A stretch of 64,000 nt of DNA from Octopus vulgaris (taxonomy: Eukaryota), in contig OX597843.1 of the NCBI GenBank assembly GCA_951406725.2, positions 13,702,001-13,766,000 of the forward strand. The letters are read 5' to 3'. The notes under the pieces were generated by a model, which had not been told where the DNA came from, did not search any database, and worked only from the letters and a program-made list of their open reading frames with translations. Position 1 is the first letter of the stretch. Each line of letters starts with the position of its first letter. Positions 41,390 through 55,180 of the stretch are shown here, piece after piece. The position numbers and the translations under genes were made by a program.

Positions 41390-42497
41390 ATCATCATCGT
41401 TTAACGTCCGCTTTCCATGCTAGCATGGGTTGGACGATTTGACTGAGGACTGGCAAACCAGATGGCTGCACCAGGCTCCAATCTGATCTGGCAGAGTTTC
41501 TACTGCTTGATGCCCTTCCTAACGCCAACCACTCTGAGAGTGTAGTGGGTACTTTAATATGCCACCGGCATGAGGGCCAGTCAGGCGGTACTTTTAACGT
41601 GTCACCTGCACAGGGGGTACTTTTTATGTGCCACCTGCACAGGAGCCAGTCCAGTGGCACTGGCAACGACCTCGCTTGAATGTTTTTTCACGTGCCCCCA
41701 GCACAAGTGCTAGTAAAATGACGCAGGTAACGATCATGCTTGAATGGTGTTTTTAACTTGCCATCAGAATGGAGGCCAGCTTGTTGCTCTGGCAACGATC
41801 TCACTCGTATGGTACTCTTAGCGCTCAACTAGCAATGGATGCCAGTCACCAAATTTGTTGCCTCAACAGGTCTTCACAAACAGAGTTTAGTGTCCAGTGA
41901 AGGAAAGGCAGACATAAGTGGGCTGGGTACACCCCTGGCATAGGCCACAAGGTTATGGTTTCACTTGCGCTTGCCAAGTCTTCTCAAGCACAGCATATTT
42001 CCAGAGGTCCCGGTCACTAGGCATGGCCTCGGTGAGGCCCAATGTTCGAAGGTCATGCTTCACCACCTCATCCAAGGTCTTCCTGGGTCTACCTCTTCCA
42101 CAGGTTCCCTCAACCGCTAGGGTGTGGCACTTTTTCACACAGCTATCCACATCCATTCTCACCACATGGCTATACCAGCGCTGTTGTCTCTTTTGCACAC
42201 CACATCCGATGCTTCTTAGGTCCAACTTTTCTTTCAAGGTACTAACACTCTGTCGAGTATGCACACTGACATTACACATCCATCAGAGCATGCTGGCTTT
42301 ATTCCTTGCGAGCTTACGCATGTCCTCAGCTGTCATAGCCCATGTTTCACTACCATGTAGCATGGCTGTTCGTACACATACGTCGTACAGTCTACCTTTT
42401 GCTCTGAGCAAGAGGCCCTTTGTCACCAGCAGAGGTAAGAGCTCTCTGAACTTAGCCCAGGCTATTCTTATTCTAGCAGCTACACTTTCAGTGCACC
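41390..42497 (-). mobile_element. RTE-clade LINE, 5'-truncated, with RT C-terminal ORF remnants
   Basis: ARIRIAWAKFRELLPLL...MLHGSETW; RWYSHVVRM...GRGRPRKT...DRDLWK. Its 3' UTR matches the abundant (CAT)n-tailed repeat. A more decayed relative lies at about 52160-52370(+). Confidence 0.88.
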
Positions 42498-42545
42498 CAA
42501 AAACATATATGGGGGGAAAAAAAAAGACCATCCCAAAATACAATA

Positions 42546-42680
42546 TAGCAGTGCTACATGTAGCTTAAATTCTGATTATTAAGCATAAAATACAAAATAT
42601 CTTATGTTTTTGTAGATTAGGTAGGCATAATTCTCCCCTGCCTTTCAATCTCAGTATTTAAGCTACATGTAGCACTGCTG
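42546..42680. mobile_element. Short MITE-like inverted repeat
   Basis: agcagtgctacatgtagcttaaat ... atttaagctacatgtagcactgct. Confidence 0.6.
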
Positions 42681-43464
42681 TAGTACACATGCTGCGTACA
42701 CTCCTACAACAACATTTTCTTTACACACTATAAAGGCAAAAGTAAATCTGCCATCAACTCAGTCACACGTCCGTGTTTTGCTTATTTTTTTGTGTTTTAC
42801 TACATAAAGGTCACCAACTACTGATCCTGAGTAATATCTGATGGCTCGTGCCAGATATATATATATATATATATACACATTAAATCATTTTTTAAGTAAA
42901 CTAAAGCTTCTCCAGCAAATCTACATAAGAAATTTTCCGATTTTTGTAAATTGCACCTAAAATTTATTTCTCTTCCTCTTTGTATCCTTTTCTCCACAGT
43001 TATCTTAAAAAGGAAAGGGCCATGTATCCCATCAAAGTCCTTCTCCAGGTGAACAAATGGCCGATAGGGGGGCTGGCCCTTTCTTAAATTCTACTGTAGT
43101 TGTCTCATTAGTAAAAAGGCCATCAATGCAACCCTGACTGCATTTTAATTAATTCTCTCTTTAATTAGTGCTGCAGGAACTCTTTCGGTTGCTTTCATAA
43201 ATTATCAGAGATCAACATTGTTGTAACAACAACAACAACAACAGCAGCAGCAGCAGCAGCAGAAAAGGTGACAACAATGGTGATAATTACAGCAATATTA
43301 AGATATATCTTTGTTAAGACATGTCTTTATTAAGACATATATTTACTAAGAAGAGGAGCCATTAACAGCATTTCATATAGCTAAAACCTGTCCTTTTAGC
43401 GAACCACATCTCACTAATGAACTAATTATTGGCAATGAAGTAGGTGTGTATACTATGCTTGCAC

Positions 43465-43495
<31 letters not shown>

Positions 43496-43694
43496 CATAT
43501 ATGTATGTATATGTATGTACATATACATAGGTATATATACATATAGGTAGGTATATATGCATATACGTATGTATATATACATATACGTATGTATATATAC
43601 ATATATATATATATATACACATATATATACATACACATATATATATATATATATACACATATATACATATACATACACACACACACATATACAT

Positions 43695-43738
<44 letters not shown>

Positions 43739-44418
43739 ATATATACATACACATACACACACACACACATATATATATACACATACACACACACACACAT
43801 ATATATATACACATATATACATATACATACACACACATATATATATATATACACATATATACATATACATACATACATACATATATATATATATACATAT
43901 ATACATATACATACATACATACATATATATATATACACATATATACATATACATACATACATACATATATATATACACATATATACATATACATACATAC
44001 ATACATATATATATATACACATATATACACATATATACATATACATACATACATATATATATATACACATATATACATATACATACATACACATATATAC
44101 ATATACATATATATATGTATATGTATATATATGTATATATATATACATATACATATATATACATATACATATATATACATATATATATACATATACATAT
44201 ATATATATATATACATATATATACACATATATATATATATACATATATATACATATATATATATATACATATATATACATATATATATATACATATACAT
44301 ATATATATATACATATATATTTATTTATTATATAGAAGGAGCTTTACAGGACTAGTACTATTTCATAAGATAAACATATAGGATACATATATATATATAC
44401 ATATATATACATATATAC

Positions 44419-44477
<59 letters not shown>

Positions 44478-44529
44478 ATATATATATATATACATATATA
44501 TATACATATATATATACATATATATATAC

Positions 44530-44574
<45 letters not shown>

Positions 44575-47500
44575 TATACATATATATACATATATATACA
44601 TATATATATATACAGCACATACTACACACATACTGTTTAGAATGGCTGAGTGTATATAGAAATATACGTATATATATGTATATATATATATATATATAAT
44701 AAACATACAAGTGGTGAGAGAGAGAGAGAGAGATAGAACATACAATGCAGAAAAACCTCCACGCATCTTTCCGTCTACCTATCTTTCTCTCAATGTATAT
44801 CTTACTATCTGTGTGTGTGTGTGTGTGCATGGATGCATAAGCTCACCCACCCACACACCCGTAATGAGCAAAGAGCATCAAATAATCAACACAACTAAAT
44901 CACCTACAGTAATGACCAACTTTTCTCTAACAATGGACTTCATTTAATAGTATCTGTCTGTGTGTCTCTTTGTGTATCAAACACTGCTCTCCCCCCTCAC
45001 GCCCCTCCCCCCGTGCAAGATTTTCATTTATGGAAATTCTATCAACCCCCCCCACCAACCTTCTCCCTCTCTTTTTTAACCACCACCACCACCATCATCA
45101 CCATGAATACACTTGGATAAAATATCTCAGTGTGTGGGTGTCTGTACACACACACACACATATAACTAGGCACAGGTGCGGCTGTGTGGTAAGAAGTTTG
45201 CTTCCAAATCACATGATTCTGGGTTCAAGTCCTACTGCATCGCATCTTGGGCAAGTATCTCCTACAATAACCCAAGCCAACTAAACCCTTGTGAGTAGAT
45301 TTGGTAGACGGAAACTGAAAGAAGCCCATCAAATTATATATAATAGATTGATAGATAGAGAGAGATTGATATATAGATATATACTCTACTCTTTTACTTG
45401 TTTCAGTCATTTGACTGCGGCCATGCTGGAGCACCACCTTTAATCGAGCAACTCGACCCCGGGACTTATTCTTTTGTTAGCCCAGTACTTATTCTATCAG
45501 TCTCTTTTGCCGAACCGCTAAGTAACGGGGACATAAACACACCAGCATCGGTTGTCAAGCAATGCTAGGGGGACAAACACACACACACACATACACGCAC
45601 ACATATATATATATATATATACGACAGGCTTCTTTCAGTTTCCGTCTACCAAATCCACTCACAAGGCTTTGGTCGGTCCAAGGCTATAGTAGAAGACACT
45701 TGCCCAAGGTGCCACGCAGTGGGACTGAACCCGGAACCATGTGGTTGGTAAACAAGCTACTTACCACACAGCCACTCCTATGCGATATATATATATATAT
45801 ATATATATATGTGTACATATTTAAGAGAAAGATCTAAGGATCAAAGTGTTGGAAGCTAGTAAGCTTCTATAAAAAACAACTTTAAGGGACAATAGGGGTT
45901 TATTTATGCAGAAGGTTGTAAATGTTTTCCAAAATCAGGGAACAGAAGAGATAAAATCCAGACGTCATATGTTTCATCACCAGCAGAGCCTCACAAATAG
46001 TAATTACCCTAACGAGGGGTACTCCACTAGCTACTGATAAGGGTGAATATACCTTAGTTAAATGAAGGTTACATTGTTGTCAAGATATCTCAAGTTAACA
46101 TGCAAGAGAATAAGGTTCTGCTAGCTGGGAAATGAGATTAGATTTATCAAGAATAAAACATAGACTTAGATTTGTCTTGGGCCACAGGAATCATAAGGTT
46201 GGAGTTTAACCCTGGTCCCCATCATATGTAAGTGGTTGAAATGACAACTCTCCCTTCGGAAAGGGATACCAGTCTCTTCTTCCAGGGTTAATTTCCCGGC
46301 TATTATTGGAACACATTTACAGCTGAGTGGACTGGAGCAAAATGTAATGAAATCTTTTGCTCAAGAAAACAACACATCATCTGACCCAGGGATTGAAACC
46401 ACAATCTTACAATTGAAAATGCAACACACCAGCCGTGAGCTGATGCACTTTCATTATATCTAAACTGTAATGGACAAATCTGTGCATTAAATACTTTGGA
46501 GTATGTAACTAATCAAAAGCAAACTTTAACTATTAGAAAACCCTCGCTCTAGAAAATTCTTTAAAATTCCCATTTTAACGTTTAATCATCATTTAACGTC
46601 TGCTTTCCATGTTAGCATGGGTTGGACCAATGACTGAGGGCTGGCGAACCAGATGGCTGCACCAGGCTTCAATCTTGATCTGGTAGAGTTTCTACAGCTG
46701 GATGCCCTTCCTAACGCCAACCACTCCGAGAGTGTAGTGGGTGCTTTTTACATGCCACCGGAACGGGGCCAGTCAGGCAGTACTGGCAACGACCTCGCTC
46801 AAATCTTTTACACATGTCACTGGCACAGGTGCCAGTAAGGCGATGCTGGTAACGATCAGTAAGGCAACGTATTTTAATTATAATGTGGTTTTCTAGAGCC
46901 TTTTATTATTGAAGATTTCACCTTCCCAATTCCGTCTTAATTCACTGCAAGACATACATGTGAGGACAGTATTTCTTAATGTCTCTGTCCATCCGTCAGC
47001 AGCAAACCCACAGAACGGTACCCCAGCACCATAACTTTGTTTCCTCATAGCTGCATGCTACAAACACGAATATTTTCAGATAAAATTCATTACAAATTCT
47101 TTTCAGTTGGAGTAGATTACAATTGCATCTGAATTTGTTGTGAAAAAAGTTTTGAAGGAGGGTGAAGAGAGGAGTTTCAGATAAATCACCAGAGCTGTGA
47201 ATAAAAATAGGGAAACAAAATACTTTGAGAGAAAATCCCCACCCTTTTTTTTTTTTTTTGTTTAAGCTAATTTCAATAACGGAAACCCCATCTGTGTCAT
47301 AAACAGATTTACTGTAGACACAATAAACATATGGTCCTGTGATATTGGACTGGGGTGGAACAGTACCCCAGTATCTACTTGAAACTCTTATAAAGGCAGT
47401 CTACTAAAAATAGCAGCCCTTTATATTCTTAAGGTAGTGATATACAAAAAAAAAAGATAATTTTTAATCTATCATACAGACAAAGAGATGACTGTGTGGG

Positions 47501-47617
47501 AAAGAAAGTAATTTTGCAATCACATGGCTTCAAGTTCAGTCCCACTACATGGCACCTTGGGAAAGTATACATACATACATACATACATATATATATATTT
47601 ATATATATCTGTATATG

Positions 47618-47659
<42 letters not shown>

Positions 47660-47660
<1 letters not shown>

Positions 47661-49120
47661 TTTTTACTCTTTTACTTGTTTCAGCCATCCGGCTGAGGCC
47701 ATGCTGGGGCACCGCCCTTGTTGCTACCCTCTCTAAGTCCAGTTTGCCGTGGCTGGCCACTGATCTAAGAGAGAGTTTGTAGCTGCTGCCCTTAGGTTAC
47801 CTTCGTACTTTGCAGTGGGTTCATCTGGGATCCCGGAAAGCAGCTTGTCTAGATGTTTTTTGAAAATGTCCACATCCGCATCATGTAGATCTCTTAGTTT
47901 TCTTGGCAGTTTGTTGAAAAGCTGAGGGCCCCTGAACCCCAGGCTATTACAGTATCTGCTCCTTACCCTGGATGTGGAAGACGGGACCTTTGGCACCACA
48001 CAGTGACGTCCTGTACGGGGATTGGAACAGCTCTCAATTCCAAAATTTGGTGCTAGTCCCTCCAGGATTTTCCATATGTATATCACTGCATATCTCTCTC
48101 GTCTTCGTTCCAAGGAGTACAAATTGAGTTCCCTAAGCCTCTCCCAATAGTTCTTTTCTTTCATGGTGGAAATCCTCTTGGTGAAATGTCTTTGGATTGT
48201 CTCAAGCTCTGTGGTTAGTTTGACACTATGCGGTGACCACAGTTGGGAGCAGTAGTCCAGGCGGCTTAGGACAAATGTCCTCCATAGTGTCAACATGGTC
48301 TCGCAGTCTCTTGTCCGGAATGTCCTCAGGATCCAGCCAGTGAGTCGTCTGCACATTGTCGCCACCTTCGCGATGTGTGAAGAAAAAGATGCATCGTCAC
48401 TCATGTCTATCCCCAGGTCCCGTATTGATTTCGATACTGGGATTTCGATCCCTCCTGGACCAGTATAGTTGTGTTGTAATGTATATGTGTTTACAGCTTG
48501 ATATTGTAAGGCTTGAAATTTGCCAGCATTAAATTGCATGTTGTTGTCTTCAGCCCATTTGTATATGGCATCCAGATCTTGTTGTAAAAGGTCAGCATCA
48601 GCTGGGTTTTTGATTGCCTGTGCTACCTTTGTGTCATCAGCATAGCTAGTGAGGGATGTTGTTTGTGCTACCAAGGGCATGTCAGAGAGCGCCACCAAAA
48701 ACAGCAAGGGTCCCAAGACTGTGCCCTGTGGCACCCCGCTTGCTATTGGTGTCTTTCCCGAGAGGGCTCCATTGGCTGCAACCATCTGGCTTCTGTCCTT
48801 CAGGAAGTCATGTATCCACTCACCTACTTTTCCTGTTATGCCGAGTCTGAGTAATTTGTGACATATCACTCCGTGGTCGACTTTGTCAAAGGCCTTCGCA
48901 AAGTCGAGATATACCACATCCACCTGTGAGCGATCCAGTAGTTGTTTCAGTACCCAGTCGTAGTGTTGTAACAGCTGCGTAAGGCAGCTTCTTCCTGGGC
49001 GAAAGCCATGCTGTGTGTCAGTGAGACGGTTAGTTTCTTCGAGGAACGTGATCAGTTTTTTTCTGATGATTCGTTCCATGACCTTACTTATGTGTGACGT
49101 CAGGGAGACTGGCCTGTAGT
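47660..49120 (-). mobile_element. Young 5'-truncated CR1-group LINE with an uninterrupted RT ORF
   Basis: About 460 codons without a stop: NYRPVSLTS, QHGFRPGRSCLTQLL, YLDFAKAFDKVDH, SGVPQGTVLGPLLF, YADD. Short 3' UTR with a stem-loop and (GTAAAAGA)n tail; the 5' end is truncated in (TA)n. Confidence 0.93.
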
Positions 49121-49220
49121 TATATATATACAACTAATGTAGGATAAAATTTTTTTCGGAAAAAAAAATTTTATCAAAGGCCAGCATATCAAAAAGTGCC
49201 TTTAAAGGTTAAATTTATAA

Positions 49221-49628
49221 ATACCATATAAAATAAGGGCAAAAGAAAAATTCTAATGCTAAATATGCCGAAAAAAACAAAACTGTCAATAACCATTATA
49301 ATTTATGTGTCTCAAAACAAGCCAATAGAAATTTCTAAAAAATCCGTTATTACCATATTGGTCCCAATTTTGGGGTTATTTCATAAGAATTTTCCCCTCC
49401 TCAGCGATAAATACGTAAGACTTCATTTATGTCTTATGTATTTATCGCTGAGGAGGGGAAAATTCTTATGAATTAACCCCGAAATTGGGACCAATACGGT
49501 AATAACGGATTTTTTAGAAATTTCTATTGGCTTGTTTTGAGACACATAAATTATAATGGTTATTGACAGTTTTGTTTTTTTCGGCATATTTAGCATTAGA
49601 ATTTTTCTTTTGATCTTATTTTATATGA

Positions 49629-49632
<4 letters not shown>
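49221..49632. repeat. Long palindrome (about 200-bp arms, 9-nt loop) of a Penelope-like repeat
   Basis: Loop at 49422-49430; fragments of the same family at 23610-23860. Confidence 0.9.
49442..49502 (+). ncRNA. Type I hammerhead ribozyme with canonical core and full helix III
   Basis: Stem I TTATCG/CGGTAA, CTGAGGA (49448-54), stem II GGGG/CCCC, GAAA, helix III ATTGG-GA-CCAAT, AUA triplet (cleavage after 49496). Confidence 0.78.
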
Positions 49633-49666
<34 letters not shown>

Positions 49667-49681
49667 CACACATGCACACAC

Positions 49682-50279
49682 ATATATACTTATGAGTAGC
49701 ATAACACACTGTGTCAGGGGACCATGTGTCTATCACAGAAAGCCTTTCTACCAGACTTGGCTAGAAAACTACATGGTAATCCAATACGGAGAAGTGCAAT
49801 ATGGAGTGTCCATGCAACTGAAATGCAGAAGATGCAATCTATGAGAAACGTTATTTCATGAGGAGCAGATAAACCTTAGAAAAGGTCAGGAGATGCGCGG
49901 GGAGGTGAATATATATATATTCATACCAACATATACAAAAAACACAAATGGCTAGTGTATTTGCCACTTGGATGTGATGTGGTGTGGATGAAGATTACTC
50001 TCTGAAGGCGACAGGTGCTAAAACACCTGAACGTCATCTTTTAACACTTGGTGCTTTGTGATAGCATTCTCCTGACTTTTTTTAAGGTTTATCTGCTCCT
50101 CATGAAATAATGTTTCTCATAGATTGCATCTTCTGCATTTCAGTTGCATGGACACTTCATATTGCACTTCTCCGTATTGGATTACTAAGTAGTTTGCTAG
50201 CCGAGTCTGGTAGAGAGGCTTTCTGTGATAGACACATGGTCCCCTGACACAGTGTGTTATGCTACTCATAAGTATATAT
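49682..50279. repeat. Inverted repeat with about 215-bp arms and a 165-bp spacer
   Basis: 49682-49896 versus 50063-50279. Contains the hammerhead-like TGAAATG-CAGAAGA-...-GAAACGTT-ATTTCA at 49819-49858. Confidence 0.88.
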
Positions 50280-51130
50280 GTGTGTATGTGTTTATATATA
50301 TGTATAATTATATATATATGTATGTATGTATGTGTACACACATATGTATTTGTAAGCCAAATTGCAGTTTCCTAGCAACAACATGTAGCATGTATGTTAC
50401 GTGTATGTGTTTGATAATGTTTATTACAATACTGCTGTTTCTATTTACTATTTAAATCTATTCATCTGTATTCATTTAACCACATGACATCCTTTGGGTT
50501 ACAGCAGTTTCGCAACATTTCTTCATATAATTTGAGGGTGGAAGAAATCGTGCTTACATGTTTGCATGAATATGAATGCTTGTGATATCCTAATGATATC
50601 ACATGCTTAAATAGATGCATATTCACCTCTCGTTTGAACTCAGAATGTAAAGATGGACAAACTGCTCTTAGCAATTTGTCCCAAGACCAACAATTCTGTC
50701 AGCTTGCTGCCTTATATGTACACACACACACACACACACACACATGGGGTTCTTCCATTTTCCATCTACCAAATCCACTCACAAGACTGTAGTAGAAGAC
50801 GCCTGCCCAAGGTGCCACACGGTGGAACTGAACCCAGAACTACGTGGTTGTGTATGTATGTGTGTGTGTGTGTGTGCATGTGTGTGTATACATATGTATA
50901 TATATATAAAGTTAATCAAAACAAGAAAGCACAAAAAAAACACAACAACGCGAGGACGTGGAACAAATATAGTATTATTGGACGCTCAGGAAAGAAAGAA
51001 AGAAGGAGGGCTTAATGTTTCGAGTGGAGCTCTTTGTCGGAAACATAGGAGAAGGAAAGATCCAGAGAAGGGAAGACAGAGGAAAAAAAATCGCCAACGG
51101 TACACACGAGGTCACATTTTGAAACATATG

Positions 51131-51176
<46 letters not shown>

Positions 51177-51292
51177 TATATAGAAGGAGCTTCTATATAT
51201 ATAGAAGCTCCTTCTATATAATAAATTAATTTTACTCTGCTATGTATTGAGTACCTTATTTACTGTGGTTAACCCCAAATCAACCCGGGACC

Positions 51293-51363
<71 letters not shown>

Positions 51364-51364
51364 C

Positions 51365-51438
<74 letters not shown>

Positions 51439-52009
51439 ATGTAAGTGTATAATGAAAAAAACTGAGTGGTTGGGATAATGTTTTGAAAGAGAGAGAGATG
51501 AGGATTGGATGGGTGGAGCTGATAGGCCAGTTAAGTGATTGCTTTGTTTCTATGGTAACGCTATCTTCATGATGGAAAGTTTCTCACATCTGGAAATGAT
51601 GGCTAACGAAAACAACAACAACAATAACAGAAACATCAATAGCAACAGCGACAAAAACCTGTACGATGTGTGTGTGTATATATATATCTGTATATATATA
51701 TATATGTGTGTGTGTATGTATCTATGACTTATGTATGTATATATATAATATGTGTGTACATATATATATACACATACATACATTTATATAAATACATACA
51801 TATATGTATATATATATATATATATATACACGCATACATACATATATATACATACATTTATATACATATATATATATATACACACACACATATGCATACA
51901 TGCATAACTTATATACATATATATACATACACATATATACACATACATATATGAGTTTATGTATGCATGTGTATATGTAAATATATATATGTGCATGTAT
52001 ATGTGTGTG

Positions 52010-52043
<34 letters not shown>

Positions 52044-52532
52044 TATATATATATGTACGCCCATATGTATATATGTATGTGTGTGTGTGTGTGTATATAT
52101 ATGTGTACGTTTGTATGCATTGTCCATGAACCTGCATACACAGAAAACCATGATCTGAAAGAGAATCCGGTGGACATGGAAGGAATCCGATGGTGTGTGC
52201 CAAGAGAGAGAAGATTCCGTTGCTATGGAGATGTGACGAACACAGAGAAGGGGAGCCGTTGTATGAAGAGATGTCTTATGGCCAAAGTAATTGGAAACAG
52301 TTGAAGACAAGAGACCAAGAAAGACTCGGGACACAATGTGGTGGAGGCTGACCTTAAGATGACGCTTCTGATGGAGGGGATGCGAGCGGAACGGGGGTGG
52401 TGGTGGTGATGGTGATGGTGACTGGTGGTGTTGGAGAAGTCCTGAATAGAAAAGACCCTCACCAGAATAGCAAGTAGGCCAACTTCAATGATATCACAAG
52501 AATGAATGTAAGGATGTATACTGAGAGGTATA

Positions 52533-52948
<416 letters not shown>

Positions 52949-53298
52949 TTCTTCCATTTTCCTGAGCGCCTAATAATAATAATACTGTAATTGTTCCACG
53001 TGTTGTTGTATATTCTGTTTTCCCGTTTGGATTAACCTTATATATATATATATATGTGTTTGTGTGTCTGTGTTTGTCCCCCTAGCATTGTTTGATAACT
53101 GATGCTGGTGTGTTTATGTCTCCGTAACTTAGTGGTTCGGCAAAAGAGACTGATAGAATAAGTACTGGGCTTAGAAAGAATAAGTCCCGGGGTCGAGTTG
53201 CTCGACTAAAGGTGGTGCTCCAGCATGGCCGCAGTCAAATGACTGAAACAAGTAAAAGAGTAAAAGAGTGCTCAGGTGCACCACAAAAAACGAGTATA

Positions 53299-53389
53299 CG
53301 TCTGCAGAGAACTCGAACCCGCGACCCTCAGATAACCTCCAAGGTCAGTATATAAAAGTCTAATGCTCTACCGACTGAGCTATGTGGTC
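53299..53389 (-). pseudogene. Decayed intron-containing tRNA-Lys(UUU)
   Basis: GACCACA-TAGCTCAGTCGGTAGAGCA-TTAGA-CT TTT A-[19-nt intron 53352-53334]-A-TCTGA-GGGTC-GCGGG-TTCGAGT-TCTC-TGCAGAC-G. D and anticodon arms are intact; acceptor and T stems carry mismatches; followed by a trailer and T6. Confidence 0.8.
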
Positions 53390-54421
53390 GGACCTCTTTA
53401 TCTACCTCTTTAGAAATTCGACTTTCAAATGATTTTTAATTAAATTAATTTTCTGAGAGCCTGATTTGAAACAGTTGTAAGGGGTGTTTGTTAATTTTTT
53501 AGTTAATAAATAATAATTTATTAATTATCTTTCTATTCTTTCATCTCATTTATTATAACAAATAAATATATATAAATCACGGCTTATATAGTTACCTTGC
53601 AGTGGAGTATTGAATCTAATGTTCACTGCTCCTTGTAAAGTTACTTAACCAGAACTTTCATTGGATTTTGCTATCTCTCATTCAGTATGCCTTTCCTAAT
53701 GCCAACCACTCCAGGAGTGTAATGGGTGCTTTTATGTGCCACCAGCATGGGTGCCTTTTACCTGGCACCAGCAACAACCACAATTTGCAGGTGTCATTTA
53801 CATGATACCTATTTCCTTACTACCCACAAGGGCTAAACATAGAGGGGACAAACAAGGACAGACAAAGGGATTAAGTCAATTACATCGACCCCAGTGCGCA
53901 ACTGGTACTTATTTGATTGACCCCGAAAGGATGAAAGGCAAAGTTGACCTCGGCCAAATTTGAACTCAGAACGTAACGGCAAACGAAATACCACTAAGCA
54001 TTTCGCCCGGCGTTCTAACCATTCTGCCAGCTGCCGCCTTATTTACATGATACCATCAACGACCATGACTCACAGGTGCCATTTATATGGCACCACCAAT
54101 GACCATGACTACAACTCCGGGTGCCATTTACCTGGCACCAGCAACAACTACAACTATGATGCATACGTGCCACTGGCACTGTGTGTCGTGTACATGTGCA
54201 TCAAACGTTTTCTCTCAGCATCAGGTGAGAGATAAATATTGTTTCCCCTAAACAGTAAATAGTTCTTTTGGTCATTCTACATCTATCTATCACTACAGGT
54301 TTATTCATACACACATACATACACACAGACGTACATGTATACATGCATGTATACATACATACATACATACGTACATATATAGAACAAACTAACTGTTACT
54401 TTCTCAGATGCAGAACGGATT

Positions 54422-54471
54422 TTTGTCAGTGAACAGGTCGCGGATTTTAGCAACGAAAATATTTTGACAAA
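54422..54471 (+). ncRNA. G3-C8 hammerhead variant, second copy
   Basis: TTTGTCA-GTGAACA-G GTCGC..GCAAC-GAAAATATTT-TGACAAA. Confidence 0.55.
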
Positions 54472-55003
54472 TTAAACTTAAATGTTGAAGTGAATCGAAC
54501 GGCTTTTGTGTGTTTCTTAAATGGCTTACAAACACCTTCCACACTGCAATTGTTTTCGTTTCAGCACACCATCTCAGATCAAGTCACTTGCTATGCAAGT
54601 AGATCTCCGTAATAGTTTTTTTATTTTGAAGAAACCCGTCCAGGCAGGGTTTCGAACACAAATTGTGTCTCCAAGTAATCCTCAAACTCTCCGTTTGTGG
54701 CCTGGAAGTATATGCTGTTTGTACATTAAACAATATTCTTTCACTTGTTTCAGTCATTTGACTGTGGCCATGCTGGAGCACCGCCTTTCGTCAAACAAAT
54801 AAACCCCAGGACTTGTTCTTTGTAAGCCTAGTACTTATTCTATCGGTCTCTGTTTCCAGACTGCTAAGTTACAGGGGACGTAAACACACCAACACTGGTT
54901 GTCAAGTGATGGTAGGAGGGGACAAAAAACACACATACACACACACACACATAACAAATGAATGGGTGGCTTATTAGCAATTTGAACCCAAAGCCAAATT
55001 TAA

Positions 55004-55180
55004 TAGAGGTCAGAAAAGTGACAGAGGGTAGTGACCAGCATCAGCTATTGCTAGAAACAACAGTTAAAACAACTCAAAAGCCACAAAAGCACTGAGCTTT
55101 TGAGGTTTTTAAGTTGTTTTAACTGTTGTTTCTAGCAATAGCTGATGCTGGTCACTACCCTCTGTCACTTTTCTGACCTC
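55004..55180. repeat. Palindrome with about 70-bp arms
   Basis: agaggtcagaaaagtgacagagggtagtgaccagcatcagctattgctagaaacaacagttaaaacaact is inverted at 55111-55180. Confidence 0.85.

Noticed and set aside
53400-53490. Half-hammerhead motifs (GAAAC-AGTT-GTA here; similar at about 3080, 44355 and 45975)
   Set aside because: The CUGANGA half is missing or too degraded to call.
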